64,000 nucleotides of DNA from Paragordius varius (lineage: Eukaryota; Animalia; Nematomorpha), in contig OZ176057.1 of NCBI GenBank assembly GCA_964247055.1, positions 1,736,001 through 1,800,000 on the forward strand, in the 5' to 3' direction. Positions 12,100-25,887 of the stretch are shown piece after piece. The notes under the pieces were generated by a model, which was given only the letters and a program-made list of their open reading frames with translations, did not search any database and was not told the DNA's origin. The number at the start of each line of letters is the position of its first letter. The stretch's first letter is position 1. The position numbers and the translations under genes are program-made.

Positions 12100-14290
12100 T
12101 AGAATCAGGGGAGATAAAAAGGTTGCCATTAGGAATCATAGAGGTGCCAACGCTAATAAAATTGATTTTGTAATAAACGAAATGATAAAATACAGCATCG
12201 ACATACTCGATGTATCTGAAACACGTATCCCTTCTAATAGCATCTTAGAATTCGAAAATCAGCTATTTTATTCCGACAATACTCTCAAATACAATGGTAG
12301 AGGTATCATAATGAATAAGAAGTTAGCAAATTTGTCCGACATTATAAACCAATTAACGAACATATGATATCAAAACGGATCCAAACTACAATTCAGCCTA
12401 TAATAATCTTCCATATCTACGCTCCAACCAGTTCATACAGCGACGACAAATGCAAAACGTTTTAAAATGAGTTAGAAACACAATAAAGCGAGTACCAAAA
12501 AAAGATATTCTATTTCTCCTTGGTAATTTTAACAGCATTATTGGTGAGGATAACACATACCCTGTTACGGAGGCAAATGACTAGGAACAAAAAACGACAG
12601 AGGCAATCGACTCATCAAATTTCGTCAAATAAATTTTTTATAGCAAACACCTTATTTAATCAACCCAAAAGACGCCTTTACACATGGCGTTTACCGTGCC
12701 AAAAATACCGTAATCGAATTAATTTTATAATTAATATGAATAAATTTAAAAGTTCATTCCAAAACGTTAAATGTTATCCAAGCGCTACTGCGACAGTGAT
12801 CACAACCTTTTAGTTGCTAAACTGTGCATCAAATTCTAACTACCCAAAAATCATAAAACATTTTGTGTAAAACTTGATTATAATACTATTGATACCATTC
12901 AAAAAATTGTCAAAACATTAAAACTATATGGAATTCGAATACAGACAATCTGCAATACAGCCAATGAATTTATATCGCTTTCCAAACCATCAAAACATGA
13001 AATTAAACTATCATAGTTTTGTTATAGTTAAAGAACGCAGATTAGTAAAAGTCGAAGGGAATTTGTGTAAATATAATATTTTAAACATCAATTCGTAGAA
13101 CAGCATATAGACGGGAAAAACAATCATTGTGACAGCTAGAAACTGAAGCCAAAAATAAATAAAACTTTTTTCTCCAGACAAAACAGATTAAACAAAACAA
13201 AATTGTAATTACGGCGGCTTACGCTGATAATTATTTGTTACGGATAAAGCTAAAATCTTAGAAATTTGGCACGATCACACATCCAACCTCTATTAAACAA
13301 AAACCGCTAAATTTTTTAAAAGAAACACAAATAGGCTCACCCTGATGTGCCAGCTGAAATCATATAACACATCCCACTGGATATCTTCCACGATTTTCGA
13401 AAAATATTTTACTCGGAAAAAATTCCTGAGGATTGGGGTAAATCTATCATTTAGCTACATTCTTAAGACGGCTAGTTTCAACTCATTATATTAACGTAAT
13501 ATTATCAATTTACTCAAATTCTGCTATGGTTTCCTCAACATGGGGTAGCTGATCCCTGCATGGTGAATGTGGGGTTATCTGGGTTGTTTCCTATCACCTA
13601 TTCTGTATAATGCACATCTCGAATGCATAATGAGAAACATACCCTATTCATGGCTCGATACGGTTTTCTTCGCAGACAACCCAAAATCATTTACTCTCAC
13701 ACTACAGCATTTTGTAGGTGAGTGTCAAAAGTATGGGCTACAGATCAATATTTAAAAACAAATATCATACAAATTTTACCCAAAAGTTTTTACAATAATC
13801 GTTGGAGTTCTATTGAAAAAGTCAAAAGTTACACATATCTTGGGAGTCTAATACGTGATGAACTCCCAAGATAAAACGAAGGATAGCCATGCCCGAAATG
13901 GCTGCAAATAATTATAACAAAAGCTGTGCATTTCATGATAGCTTAAAAACGAAAATGTGACTTACATATGCAATCGTTTTTCCAATTTTTCTCTACGGGT
14001 GTTAAGGTTTGTCTTTAAAAAAAATCCGACATACGAAATAACTCTTTTGAAATTTGGACGTGGAAAAAACTTTTACAAATAAAATGGACGGATATTACTA
14101 ACAATGCAATTCAGAATAAAATCAATCCCGACATGTCATTGGTTCGAATGTCTATCCGCACCAAACTATCCTACTTTGGTCACATTATGAAATTTAATTT
14201 ACTGGAAAAGTCCTTGATTGTGTAAAGTTAGCTGTATACGTAAAATGGGCCGAAGAAGGATAAGGTGGATGGATTTTTAACAAGAAACCC
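12100..14290 (+). mobile_element. Heavily decayed RTE LINE related to the 45.8-48.9 kb element
   Basis: Endonuclease pieces (IDILDVSET, IANTLFNQPKRRLYTW..P) and RT pieces (GCFLSPILYN, YTYLGS, YFGHIM) scattered over broken frames. Confidence 0.8.
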
Positions 14291-14474
14291 ACGCAACCTT
14301 GACAACTCAACATTAAAATAAAACCCGCAATTTATAGAGAAATTTTATTTACAATATTGCGAAAAGTCGACTTCGACTGTAGAACATACACAAACACACA
14401 CACACACACACACACTTTATTTATACAGCTATCTATGCATGTCAAAAATTTATTAGAGGTGGAGTTCTCAAAAT

Positions 14475-17400
14475 TTAAAGATGATTTAACATATCCATTG
14501 CTCTGCGATCATATCTATCAATATTTTTCGGCATTTCAGCAACAGGCATCATACGATCACACTTACATTTTTTACGAAATTTATTTTTCCTTTTTTTCAA
14601 TTTGCATATCGACCGTTCCTGGCTATACATTTTTTCAGTAGTTTGAGTGGAAGTGTCGTTTCGTAAAGGATTAGGTTTTACCAAAGTGTTTTGTAAAGTC
14701 ATCAATATGGTTGCGTTGGAATCGGCGTCTTTCAGAACTTCTATATTTCTGGCGATGTAATAATATAATTATTGCTAAAAAGCATTAAAAAAACAAGTAA
14801 ATTACATATTATTTCAAAAATCAACTAACTATCATCACAAGGCCTTAAAATAAATCAACTGTTTAATAATATTTTTTAACATATTTTTTAAAAAAATAAT
14901 ACCTTAGAATTCAAGATATATATTCATTATAGCCAATTTTTTAAAATTCATTATGAATAAACATACTAAAAGCAACTAATGTTAAGTAAAAGTTAAATAA
15001 TACCCCCTACTTTTTTATCAAATTTTATATTACACTATAGACAACAAATTTTAACTTTTTTTAACTGCCATTCTTGTAAATATTTATTTCATTAAAGTAT
15101 ATTATTAGTATATCTGAAAAGAAAATTGGTCTAGCATGCAAGAATTTTTTTATATTAGAGTTTATTCATAATTATTGGCCCCGATGTAACATTAAACTCG
15201 AAATTTTGAAAATTAAAAGTTTTAAATAGAAGCCATGTATTTAATATCATTCGAAAGAGCGCAAAAAACTGCATCTTTTAAATGGTAGTAAGTCATTTAA
15301 ATCAATGGGATGTAAAAGTTATTTGGATTTAAATGGTCGAAATTTTCAATCCTTAAATAAGTCAAGTTTCACAGACAAACTAATTTGAAAATCATATAAA
15401 TTATTTTAATATAATTATTAAGGTTATATTAATATTTAATTTAAAAAAAATGTTTGAAAAAGCTTTTGGTTTGCTTTTTTAATAAAAATTATTATTATCA
15501 TAAATATTTGACCTAGTGGATACTAAAATGCATAGTTATAACTGTAGATCAAACATATAAACTTTGTTTTTATCTTTAGCCTCGTAAAGAAAATAAATAA
15601 ATATTGATGAGATGGTAATTTTTAAAAAACAAAAAACTTAAAAATGGCTGTTTTGAGTAACATAAAAGCAATAAAAAATGTTTTAATCAAAAAAACTTTC
15701 TTGTGTTATCTTTTTTGGACATTCATCACCATCTAAACAAAGTTTGAGTTATTTTCATCCATTAGTTCCAAAAATATAATAATTAAAAAAAATGCTCTCG
15801 CTTCGCGCGTTTGTCGCTCTTTGTGTCAATATTAACTGTCGATGTAATACATATAGTATGCATTTTATAGAGTTTTTATTACTCTTTCGAATGATATACT
15901 ACAAATGGGCATTACTTGTATATTTTCAAAGAAAAACATTTTTTAGTAAAATTTTGATAAAGAGGGCGCATAATCAAAATATCAAATTATACAAAATTTT
16001 TCCATCGAGTTATAATTTTTATTTCAAATTTACTGTTAAAATGATACTAAATATCAGAAAATGCAAAAAACTCGAGTGGCAGAAAAATTTGTTGTCCAGT
16101 GTTATACATCTATGGTTTTGCGTTGATGTTTAAACTTTTCTCAGTAAATAATGAAAATATTTTATATGAAATAAATGATGTGTGGAAAATGACTACCTGC
16201 CATATCAAAAAATGTTTTGATCTAAAAATTTATTAAATAATACAGATAATTCTTAAAATATTTCCCATTTTAGCAGGGAAAACTATATTATTTTATCCAT
16301 ATAAACCAATAAAATTATCAATCATAATCCATTTTTATAATACGATTCCGACATAATAATTTTTATTAGCGAAACGTGTTAAATCAGTTATGATTTTAAT
16401 TTACTGTGTTCAACACGCGGCCCTCTACGGCTCGGGAAAATTTTGAAAATCCATAATTTGCAAAAATATATTACAAAATTTAGCAAAATCGATATTTCCT
16501 AAAAAAAATTCTGAAACGACAAGTGCAGAAAAAAATTCAAAAAATTAGAAAATAGTTATTAAAAATTAAATAATAAATTAAGTAATTAATATATAACAAA
16601 AATAAAAATTATATAATGTAATAGTTGGCATTTTGCAATCTTATATTTGAAATCCAAAACATTGTTTATTAAGGCCCATTTATTCTAAAGCGGCCCGCCG
16701 AATTTTCGAGTTAAAAATGCAGCTCGCGAAGCCATTTGTGTTGGTCACACTTGTTTTAAACTTATTATTTTGAATACGCAATTTTTCTAACACTAGAGAT
16801 TTTATCGCTTTTTAATGTACTTTAAGAGTATTCTTGAACAATTCAAGTTGGTCCTTTATTTTATTTTGTTTATTACTTTATAATGTTTTTAATGAAAAAT
16901 GTAATGAATAAATCCTTATATACCATTGAAAAAATTTAGAAAATTAATAAAGATATACGAATATTAACTTAAAGTTTATGTTAAAAGAATCCACAATTCG
17001 ATTGATAAGTCAAATAAATTAGAAAAAATTATTTTAAAAACAAAAAAAGTCGTTTGTGAATAAAAATTTTTTTCAAATGAATTATATAATATATTAAAAA
17101 AATATGTTAAAAAATAATAAAACTATGCAACAGATATTGCCGTCAAACACATTACTGTGAGCTTAAAGACCAACTTGAAGTGCTTAAAAACCAACTTAAA
17201 ATGCTTAAGGACTGACTTAAAGTGTTCAAGCATTAAATTGAAATGTGTTAACCAACATGAAGTGTCAAGGATACTCTTAAAGTGTAAATGGTAATATTTA
17301 TTATAATATTATGAGTACGTACTCCCTTAAGTTATAAAAAAACTTTGAAATTTATTTAAAAAAACTTATTAGCGGTATCAAATTAAATAATTAAAAAGTG

Positions 17401-20400
17401 ATATATGATTAGTAAATTACTCAAAAAGACGTGGCCCAAATATATTGCAAATAGCTGGTGTAGGTATAATTTGAATTATGTGGCATTTGAGATTGATATC
17501 AAAATAAAATTTTGTAGAAAGTTTTAGGGTGTTTGTAGGTTGGCGATGAATGATGGATTGATTTGAAGGAACAACTTTGATTTGGCCAAAATCCGTAATT
17601 ACTGTTATAAGAGCTAGAATTTTTATTCAAAATAATTCAATAGACAAATGCTATTTAAAATTATACGAGCAAAATACAAAAACTAAAAGACAAATGCAAC
17701 CATACATAAAAGCAGTTTTAGGATATGGTTTCAAATAATATATCATTTTAGTAAAAAAAAGAGATGTATATTGAATCAATTTAGGATGTATTTACAATTT
17801 TATAAATATTTATATATCAAAAATAAGATATATAAATATGTATGTCTTTGAAAGGAAATATTTGTATTTATATTTTTACGTTTTGTCTGTTAAATTTAAA
17901 TTTCTACTCTGCTAATACTTATTTTAAAGCCTGATATCAACAGTCAATATATTAAGCTTTTAGAAAAAGAACAAAAAGGCAGCGTTACTTAGAAATTACT
18001 ACTTAATACTTGGCAATAGGATTTTGCGAGCAATTACAATTTTTACATTATTTGGAGATTTCATGACATTTGCTAGTTGGTCCTTCCTCACAGATTTATA
18101 CTTTACCATTATAACGTGATTTAGATTATGGTTAACGTGGAAAATAAATCTTTTTTTGTTGTTATCATCGACCGTAAAAACCTATTTTGAAAATATATAC
18201 CATATACAGTTCAACCCTTAAACAATTCAAATTAACTCCTGAACAATTCATATTCAACCTAAAACAATTCAAATTCACCTCAAACAATGCAAAACCCTAA
18301 AATATATTATGTATTTTTTAAAATGAATTATACTTATTATTTTTTAAAAAAGAAATTTTGTATGTAATCAAAATAATACTGAAAAAATAATAAACTTTCC
18401 CATAAAAATATAATTAATTTAAATGAGGAGTTATATTAAACCGAAATTTTATAATTTATTTTTGGGTGATTTTGAATTGTTCAAGCGTGAATTTGTTTTG
18501 TTTAAGGGTTAATTTGAATTTTTCAAAATTGAATTCAAATTGTAAATGGTATTTACTTATAGCCTGTGTTTTTAACATCTATCAATTTGTTATAATTAGT
18601 TCGACCCTTCAATTTTATCATTTTATTTGTTTGTTTAAAGCTGTCAAATGAATATTGATGTGAATAAATATAATCGGTTAGGCCTGGCCAGCCACAGTTT
18701 TGGTGTTATGGTCAATAATACAAAAATAATGCAAAGAAAAACGGGATGCTTGTGTTTTGCTAGTTTAAATGTTGGTTCATTGAAAAGTAAACTAAATGAT
18801 ATTGTGAGAATAATAAAAGTGAAGCATATAGATATTATAGCATTGCAAGAGACTCGTTACCGCGGAAATAGAGCAAGGACTTTGGAAGAAAATTATAGAT
18901 TATATTACTCAGGTGGAAGTGACGGACGAAATGGAGTGGCAGTAATCATAAATCCCAAATTGTCCAATCAGGTTAAAGAGGTTGGACGCTATAATAGCCG
19001 AATCATTAATTTAGATATTTTGGGTAACGAGGTCATAACGGTATTCAGTATATATGCCCCGCAAATAGGTTTACCAAAACAAAAAAGGAGAAATTTTACG
19101 AGACTCTAGATGAAAAATTATCGCTATCCCTCAGTTCAGGATCAAGTTTTTATGTGGGGATTTTAATGGTCATCTTGGTATAAGTAGTGAATCTTTTTAT
19201 GGCACGGATTTGCTTAGATTTGCACAATCTCACAATTTGGCGATAGCGAACACGTTTTTCGAAAAAAGAGAGAGTTATCTAGTTAACAAAAGCGGCATAA
19301 ACATCTTAAATAGATTTTATACTAGTCCCAAGAGACATACTGAAAAGTATTAGACTAAAAGGTCGTGCCAAACTAGAGATTAGTTCGCAACATAATTTGC
19401 TTATTTGTAATTTTTTTGTGAAAAAAAAGTCTAAACAAATTGTTCCTTGCTCAAAGAGATTAAAAACTATAAAGTGGGAGAAATTATTTAAAAAAAAGCA
19501 TGCCTTTATAAAAGAAATAGGGTTATCCGAGGATGGTGGGTTAAATAGTGAGTGGGATAAAGTATGCCAGTTAAAAAGGCAGGAACTCTAGTTTGTGGAT
19601 TTAAAGGCGGAAAATCTCAAGTATACAGAGAGGCTTGGCTTTACGATGAAAGAATAATATTGATGTCACGAGAAAGAGGTAAGGCTTTTAATAAATAAAA
19701 TTTTATATGCGCATATATTAACAACCAATTAAATCATAACAATTACAATGATCGCGTTAAGCTTCAATTTTTATAAAATCAAAACATGTTAAACTGGGTC
19801 ACATTGAACGCAAAAAAGGCCTGGTTTAATTATTAAGAAAATTTTAAAATCTATTTTAACAAAATAATATGATATTGACTCTCTGGCATATATTAAATAT
19901 CACATTGTTAAAATTTTTCTTTGATTTTTCTAAATTTTAAGATATACATCAAAACAAAAACATAAAATAATATTTAGAAATTTGGTCTCTTCCCCTAGAT
20001 TTTGAGCAATTATGGCTGTAAACAAATGAAATATGTTTTCATCACAATTAACCAAAAATATTATATCAAAATTAGGATTAAAACATTTTTGATATGCAAA
20101 CAAAAATTATTTTGATAAATATTACTACCTTTTCTTTAAACTCATCCTTTTCCCAAGCAAACTTAGCATTGATGTAGATTTAATTTACTTTAATGTGATT
20201 TTATATATAAAAATTAATTATCAGGATATGATTCTAAAATTTGGATTACTTTTATCGTTATATTTAAAAAAATTATACAGTATAAATTAGGTCAAATTTG
20301 GAAAAAATGGTGGTCTGATTAAATTGATTAGGAAAATGTTGAATTTAATTGAAATATTAAGTTTTTTAAGATATATATATTATTATGGAGTCATATTTCA

Positions 20401-22870
20401 AAAGTTAAACTGTTATCGTTTAAACTACCATGGTGACTAAATGATAAAATATTTCAAATTCTCTATAATATGTTACAACTAAACAAAGCAACAATATAAA
20501 ATTTAAAAATTAAAAACGGTTAAAAATGAACGAGTCTTCAAATAACGAACGCATTGCCTTTACTCTAGAATTCTCTAGGAGCTGACATCGGAAAAGGTTA
20601 TCTCATATAAAACGGGAATGAACTCGCAAAAATGTTAAATATCAATAGTAGTTTTTATAGTTCTTACATTAAAAATCTAATAAAATTTTATTAATGCCTA
20701 TATAATTTGCAAATATGGGCCCGTCGGATGTTTTTACCCGAAAATGCGGACGGCGCCCGTGAAGCTAATTGTGTTAGACAGCCCAGATATATAAACTAAA
20801 TTTATAAATAAAGTAATTAATTATACTTACCCGATAGGATGTAGTTTGGTTATCTTTGACTTTATACTAAAGACAAAAATTAAATCTGCAGAATAAGAAT
20901 GTTATAAGACAATAAAGATATGGTTATTTTTTATTTAAAAAATTAGTGTTTTATAGTATTAAGTTGTAAGTATATCAATTCACCCTAAATATACAATGGT
21001 TAAAGCGATGATAACGCCAAAAAAAGGCTTACTTACAAATTTTTTAAAGTATATTTAATTAAATTATTAAAATTTTATCGAAAGTTTTGATGAGTTGGAG
21101 AAAATGTAGTTATGTTCCATTTTTGAAATCAATTAGTTGATTTAATTTTTTAAAAATGATCGGTTTTAGTGTCGGGTTTATATAGATTATAGATTTAATG
21201 ACATCCATCCATTGATTATATTTTACTCATAAAAAAATTAATTAGATAAAAAAAAATGAAAAATTATAAAATATTGTATTGAAATTGGATAAATTTTGAG
21301 CTGAATGTTAATTTGATCAACATTATACACGCACCGGGTCCCGTGTGTGTAGTTAAAATTAAAATCATACGGACCAAACTTAAAAATATAAATACAAATG
21401 TTTTTTTGAGACAACCATACTTTTTAAAGAAAAATCATTGTTTTGTACTGTATAATATGAAATAGAGATGTATATTAGTAACACAATAAGTTTTGTATTT
21501 TCCGATTGTACTCAAATCATTTTTATATGATAAATTAAGGGAAAAAAAAGTATGGTTGTCTCATAAAAAAATATCTTTATATTTTGTTTCTATAATTACA
21601 ATTTCTGTGCTAATTTTTGTGCCGCCCAATACTATTAAAACCTAAAAGGAGTTAAAAAAGGTTACTAAAACTAGTATTTATTGTTCCTGTTGCTAGATAT
21701 ATATATCTGATTTTGTAGGGAAGTATTGCATATTCATTTTAGAAAGATATTGTATCAGATTTTGGGCATGCAAAGAGTATTGATTAGGAATTGATTGACA
21801 TAATCAAAATGTTTAGAAAATGAAAAAAATAGAATATGTTCAAGACCATATTCATGAAACCACTTGTATATATTTCAAAAAGCCCGGTCTCGGTTCGGCA
21901 TCAAAAACTTTATTTAGTTAACATACAAAGATTTGAGATATCTATTCGGTTATATCCGTCAATATTATGTAAAAACAAACGCCCTAGAGTAAATATATGT
22001 TAGGGGGCATAATATAATATGTATTTAACTGGTCGATTTTTTCACACTATATTTGTGCGATTTTCAACACAATAATCTATTATTATAGATAAAAACAACA
22101 AAATATTGAAAAAAATAAAAGAAATGTTAGGATGGAAAAATTGTTTTTGACATTTTATTGTTTTTTCCATACACGATTATATTGCAAATAACCCAACTCT
22201 AGTTTGCAAAATAAGCAACTAATAAAATACACAATAATATATCATTACAGTTCAAATTTACCCTTGAACTTCACCATAAAATAATTATATATTTTTTAAG
22301 ATTAAATATTACCTATTTTATACAAATAAAATTTCGTTTAAAATTATATTACTGTAAAAATAATAAACTATGCCATAAAAATATTATTCATATTAAAGAA
22401 AGCCCGAAAATTCATTAATTTTTAGGGTGAGTTTGAATTGTTTAAGGGTGAATTTGAAATGTATAGTATATATAACAATAATAAATTTAAATAATATATT
22501 ACTGTGCCAATGTAAAAATGTGTAAAATTTTGTCTTTTTAATCCGTTTATGGTATCATTTATTGAATTGGGGAATGCGGATTCCGTAAAGTTTAAATGAT
22601 AAATTTGAAATAGATAAGGACCCCAATGGAAAATTAGGTATACAATCATAGTTAATTGATTTGCACCAAATTTATAGAAAGCAACAAAATTATTAAAATG
22701 CTAATATATAAATTTATAATTAATTTATTTATTGCGATTTAAATAAGAGTGATATACTACTGTGTACTGGATATTTATAAATAATTATAAATCTGAACAA
22801 TTAAACTTGTTTGTTACATAAGGGGTTAATTTATATTTTCGAAAATAATTGGTACAATCGATTTTTAAAT
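14475..22870 (-). CDS. Orphan multi-exon gene Y, copy 2 (probable extracellular glycoprotein; may be disrupted)
   Basis: Open, phase-compatible exons 22700-22503, 20866-20831, 18181-18010, 17613-17421 and ~14750-14475, all homologous to copy 1. Seven N-x-S/T sequons. One middle exon appears split by an RTE fragment. Confidence 0.6.
16805..17293. mobile_element. Foldback/MITE family B (21-bp ttcaagttggtccttaaacac subrepeats)
   Basis: Inverted arms ending GTGTAAATGGTA; same family at 43678-44007 and 48928-50314. Confidence 0.65.
18198..18551. mobile_element. Foldback/MITE family A (22-bp aacaattcaaattcaccct subrepeats)
   Basis: TACCAT...GTAAATGGTA termini around a conserved ~200-bp core. It sits inside a short intron of Y copy 2. 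Confidence 0.75.
18680..19685 (+). mobile_element. RTE-type LINE 5' fragment (APE endonuclease), decayed
   Basis: ORF 18648-19109: FASLNVGSL, IDIIALQETR, LYYSG..GRNGVAVII, VFSIYAPQ; then GDFNGH and IANTFF in shifted frames. Confidence 0.8.
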
Positions 22871-23204
22871 CGACTTGTTGTTTATTAATTATTATGAAAA
22901 ACACATTATATGTTCCAAATGAACCCAAAAATTAAAGAATAAGTATATACTATATACAGTAATGAATTAATGACTATAATTTTAATCAGGTATTTAAGCT
23001 CAAAAAATACGGTAACTAAAATGTTTAACAAATTTCCTATTTAAAATTTTGTTAAAAAATTCTATTTTTTTATTGTAATCTTTTCCCTTCGTATTTAAGC
23101 TATTTATTACTTTTAAGATTTTACATTAACAATAGGTGTAATTGCCCATTTTTGTTTTAAAATGGCTAAAAGGAGATTCGATATACACATCGATATGTGT
23201 GCCA

Positions 23205-23980
23205 TCTTTCAGTTAAATGGAACATTTTTCAAGCGAACCCAGTTTTTTCAAGCAAGACATTTTTTCAGTCAAAAACAATATTTTAACATTTTTTTAAACA
23301 AAAGCAACATTTTTACAAGGAAATGCATCATTTTTATCCAAACGCAATTCAACCAAAACAATTTTATTTTATAACAATTTATTATAATTTTTTATTTATT
23401 TTAAGTGATTGATTAGCTAAATTTTAACGTTGAATTATGATTTTTATTGTTTTATTATTTTGATTGTAGACTGATTTTCAGACATTTTATTTGTGTAACT
23501 TAATTTTTATTATTTATTTATATTAAATATTCTTTTTTTAAATCTATCACATATCTATAAACACTATATTTTCAAATATTGGAATTTTTAATATTGTAAA
23601 AATTATTTAAAAATTAAAGTTATGTTTTTTTATAAATGTACAATATTAAAAAACTTTAATATTTGAAAAATATAACATAAATATAAATAAATAATAACAA
23701 TTAAGTAATGGGCAAAAATAAAAAGTTTGAGAATCAATCTACAATAAAAATTGATAATACCACAATAAAAATCATGATTCAAAGCTAAAACTCAATTATT
23801 CAATAACTTGAAATTAATTAAAACTAAAAATGAATCGTCATAAAATAAATAAAATTTATATTTAGATATTTTTGTCTATGCTTGAAAATTTTGCGTTTGC
23901 TTAAAAAAATGTTGTCTTTATTGAAAAAATTTTGCGTTTGTTTGAAAAAATGTTGTTTTTGACCGAAAAATGGTGCTGCC
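23205..23980. mobile_element. Family C foldback element, both arms
   Basis: Left-arm aagcaagacattttttc repeats are inverted against right-arm aaaaaatgttg..tttgcgtttg repeats around an AT-rich core. Confidence 0.55.
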
Positions 23981-25276
23981 ATTTAGTTACACTTTTAGAT
24001 TTTACTACAATGTCGTATATTCGATATAAAAAAATCATGTTATTTTTTAGACTTCATGACATTTGTAGATTATAACCCCATTTCCATAAAACTCAAACAA
24101 AAATATTATTTTTGCATCGAGTTTAATTTAAAAATATGCTTGTTTTAGCCAGGCGCATGATTTTTTTATTAAAAAATGAAAAATTTAGAAAATCATTTTA
24201 TATTCTTTCAACGCTATTTTTACGACACGTTCATTTGAATATCAGCTGTTCATTTTAATTGTGTTTAGCAGCTATCTGAATCCGTAACTCTAGAGGTTAA
24301 AAACTGTATTATCAAGAGAAGAGGTCTGATAATTAAATTATAACCAAAACAATATTCAAGAGAGTAGTTTATATATTATTTCTAAAATTGAAAATGTAAT
24401 GACGGGTAATCTATAATAATAAATAAAAAGGAGATATCATGTAAACTTATAATAACCAATTAAAATCTTTTAATAGCAAATAAAATAATCCCGTTGCGGT
24501 ATAGGATTGTTAAATTCGTTTGTTTTCAATTAGATTTTGATTTCAATTCTAATTCAAATTTCCAATATTTAACCATTAACTTAAAATACTTATATTCCAA
24601 TTTTCAACACTTTTACCTTACAGGGTTATTTTATAACCCAGAGATTAAAATTTAAATATCATAAAAAATATTTAACCCATTATGCCGAATTCTAAAATAT
24701 GCTTACTTTAATCTTTTAGGCTCACATATACAAATTTTTCAAAAGTGTAATATTGCAAAAAAATCCTCATCTCAAATATTTTGCCGACTTTTATTTCTGT
24801 AATTTTTAAATTCACTAATGCAACAATTATATGTATATAATGTAGGAAAATGTAAATGATTAACTTTAAAAAGCTTCAGTCTACATTTACCTGCAAAAAT
24901 TTGATATAAATTTTAGTATCAGCTGTTCATTTAAATTGTGTTTAAATCCCAATTTTAGGCTTTAAAAGCAAAACAGTAAAAAATATAAGCTTTATCGAAA
25001 TTGTTTAATAATTAAATGACTAAAATAACATTTAAAACTGTAGTTTATTGACAAAATTAAGCTCAAGAATATAAAACTACCCCAAAATGTAGGGCAAAAA
25101 GGTAGAAAGGTATTAAAGTGATAAATACGTTTATAATTTATATAATGAAACGTTCTTATAAATTATTAATTTTTTTGAGATATTATATTGATTGAAAAAA
25201 ACATTATGAGAAAAACTAATAACAATTAATAAATAAATAAATAATGTGTAATACCGTCATAACATTTGCCTTCTAC

Positions 25277-25348
25277 CTGAAGCAATTTCACACACAAAGA
25301 AACATAAAAAGCGAAAGATACGCCGAACAATGGTTTGAATAAATACAT
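25277..25348 (-). CDS. Candidate signal-peptide first exon (possibly of gene Y copy 2)
   Basis: ATG-initiated MYLFKPLFGVSFAFYVSLCVKLLQ followed by a CAG/GTAGAA donor in phase 0, head-to-head with the ATG at 25477. Confidence 0.35.
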
Positions 25349-25476
25349 ATACCAATTTTTTCGGTATTTATTGTTGTTGTATTTACTCAATCGTTTATAT
25401 TCGACACACAAACAAATGAGATTTTGTAAACTATATAATCATAAATATCAAATAAATTTAAATTTTAATTTTTGAA

Positions 25477-25852
25477 ATGGTTGCAATCCTTAATTCATGT
25501 TTATGTTGTATTCCTCTCAGAATTGGGAGCCTAATAACTGCTTATCTGACATTGGTAATTAAAGTTTTTTTACAATTTCGTTGTTTTGAATCAATTATTA
25601 AATTTATTTTATTTAATAATACCTTAAGGCGATTTTACAATAAACACAATTATGTTGGTCAATTTACATTATTAGTTTCCGATGGTATAATGTGAAACGA
25701 AAGTCCATTATTATTTAATAAATTTAATAAGTTTTATTTTAACCGAATCCATATTTGCTACTGTATTTCCAATTAGCCAATAGTGCATACTCTATAAAAT
25801 CTAAATTTTACAGCCAAACTATATAACACCAAATATATTTTTTTAAAAACCG

Positions 25853-25887
<35 letters not shown>

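Noticed and set aside
14357-14641. Plus-strand ORF overlapping the last exon of Y2
   Set aside because: It runs through a (CA)n tract, and the synonymous substitution pattern against 1296-1520 favours the minus strand.
21325-21352. Short GC-rich hairpin followed by GTAGT, like a Helitron 3' end
   Set aside because: It lacks CTAG/CTRR, and no matching 5' TC end or second copy was found.
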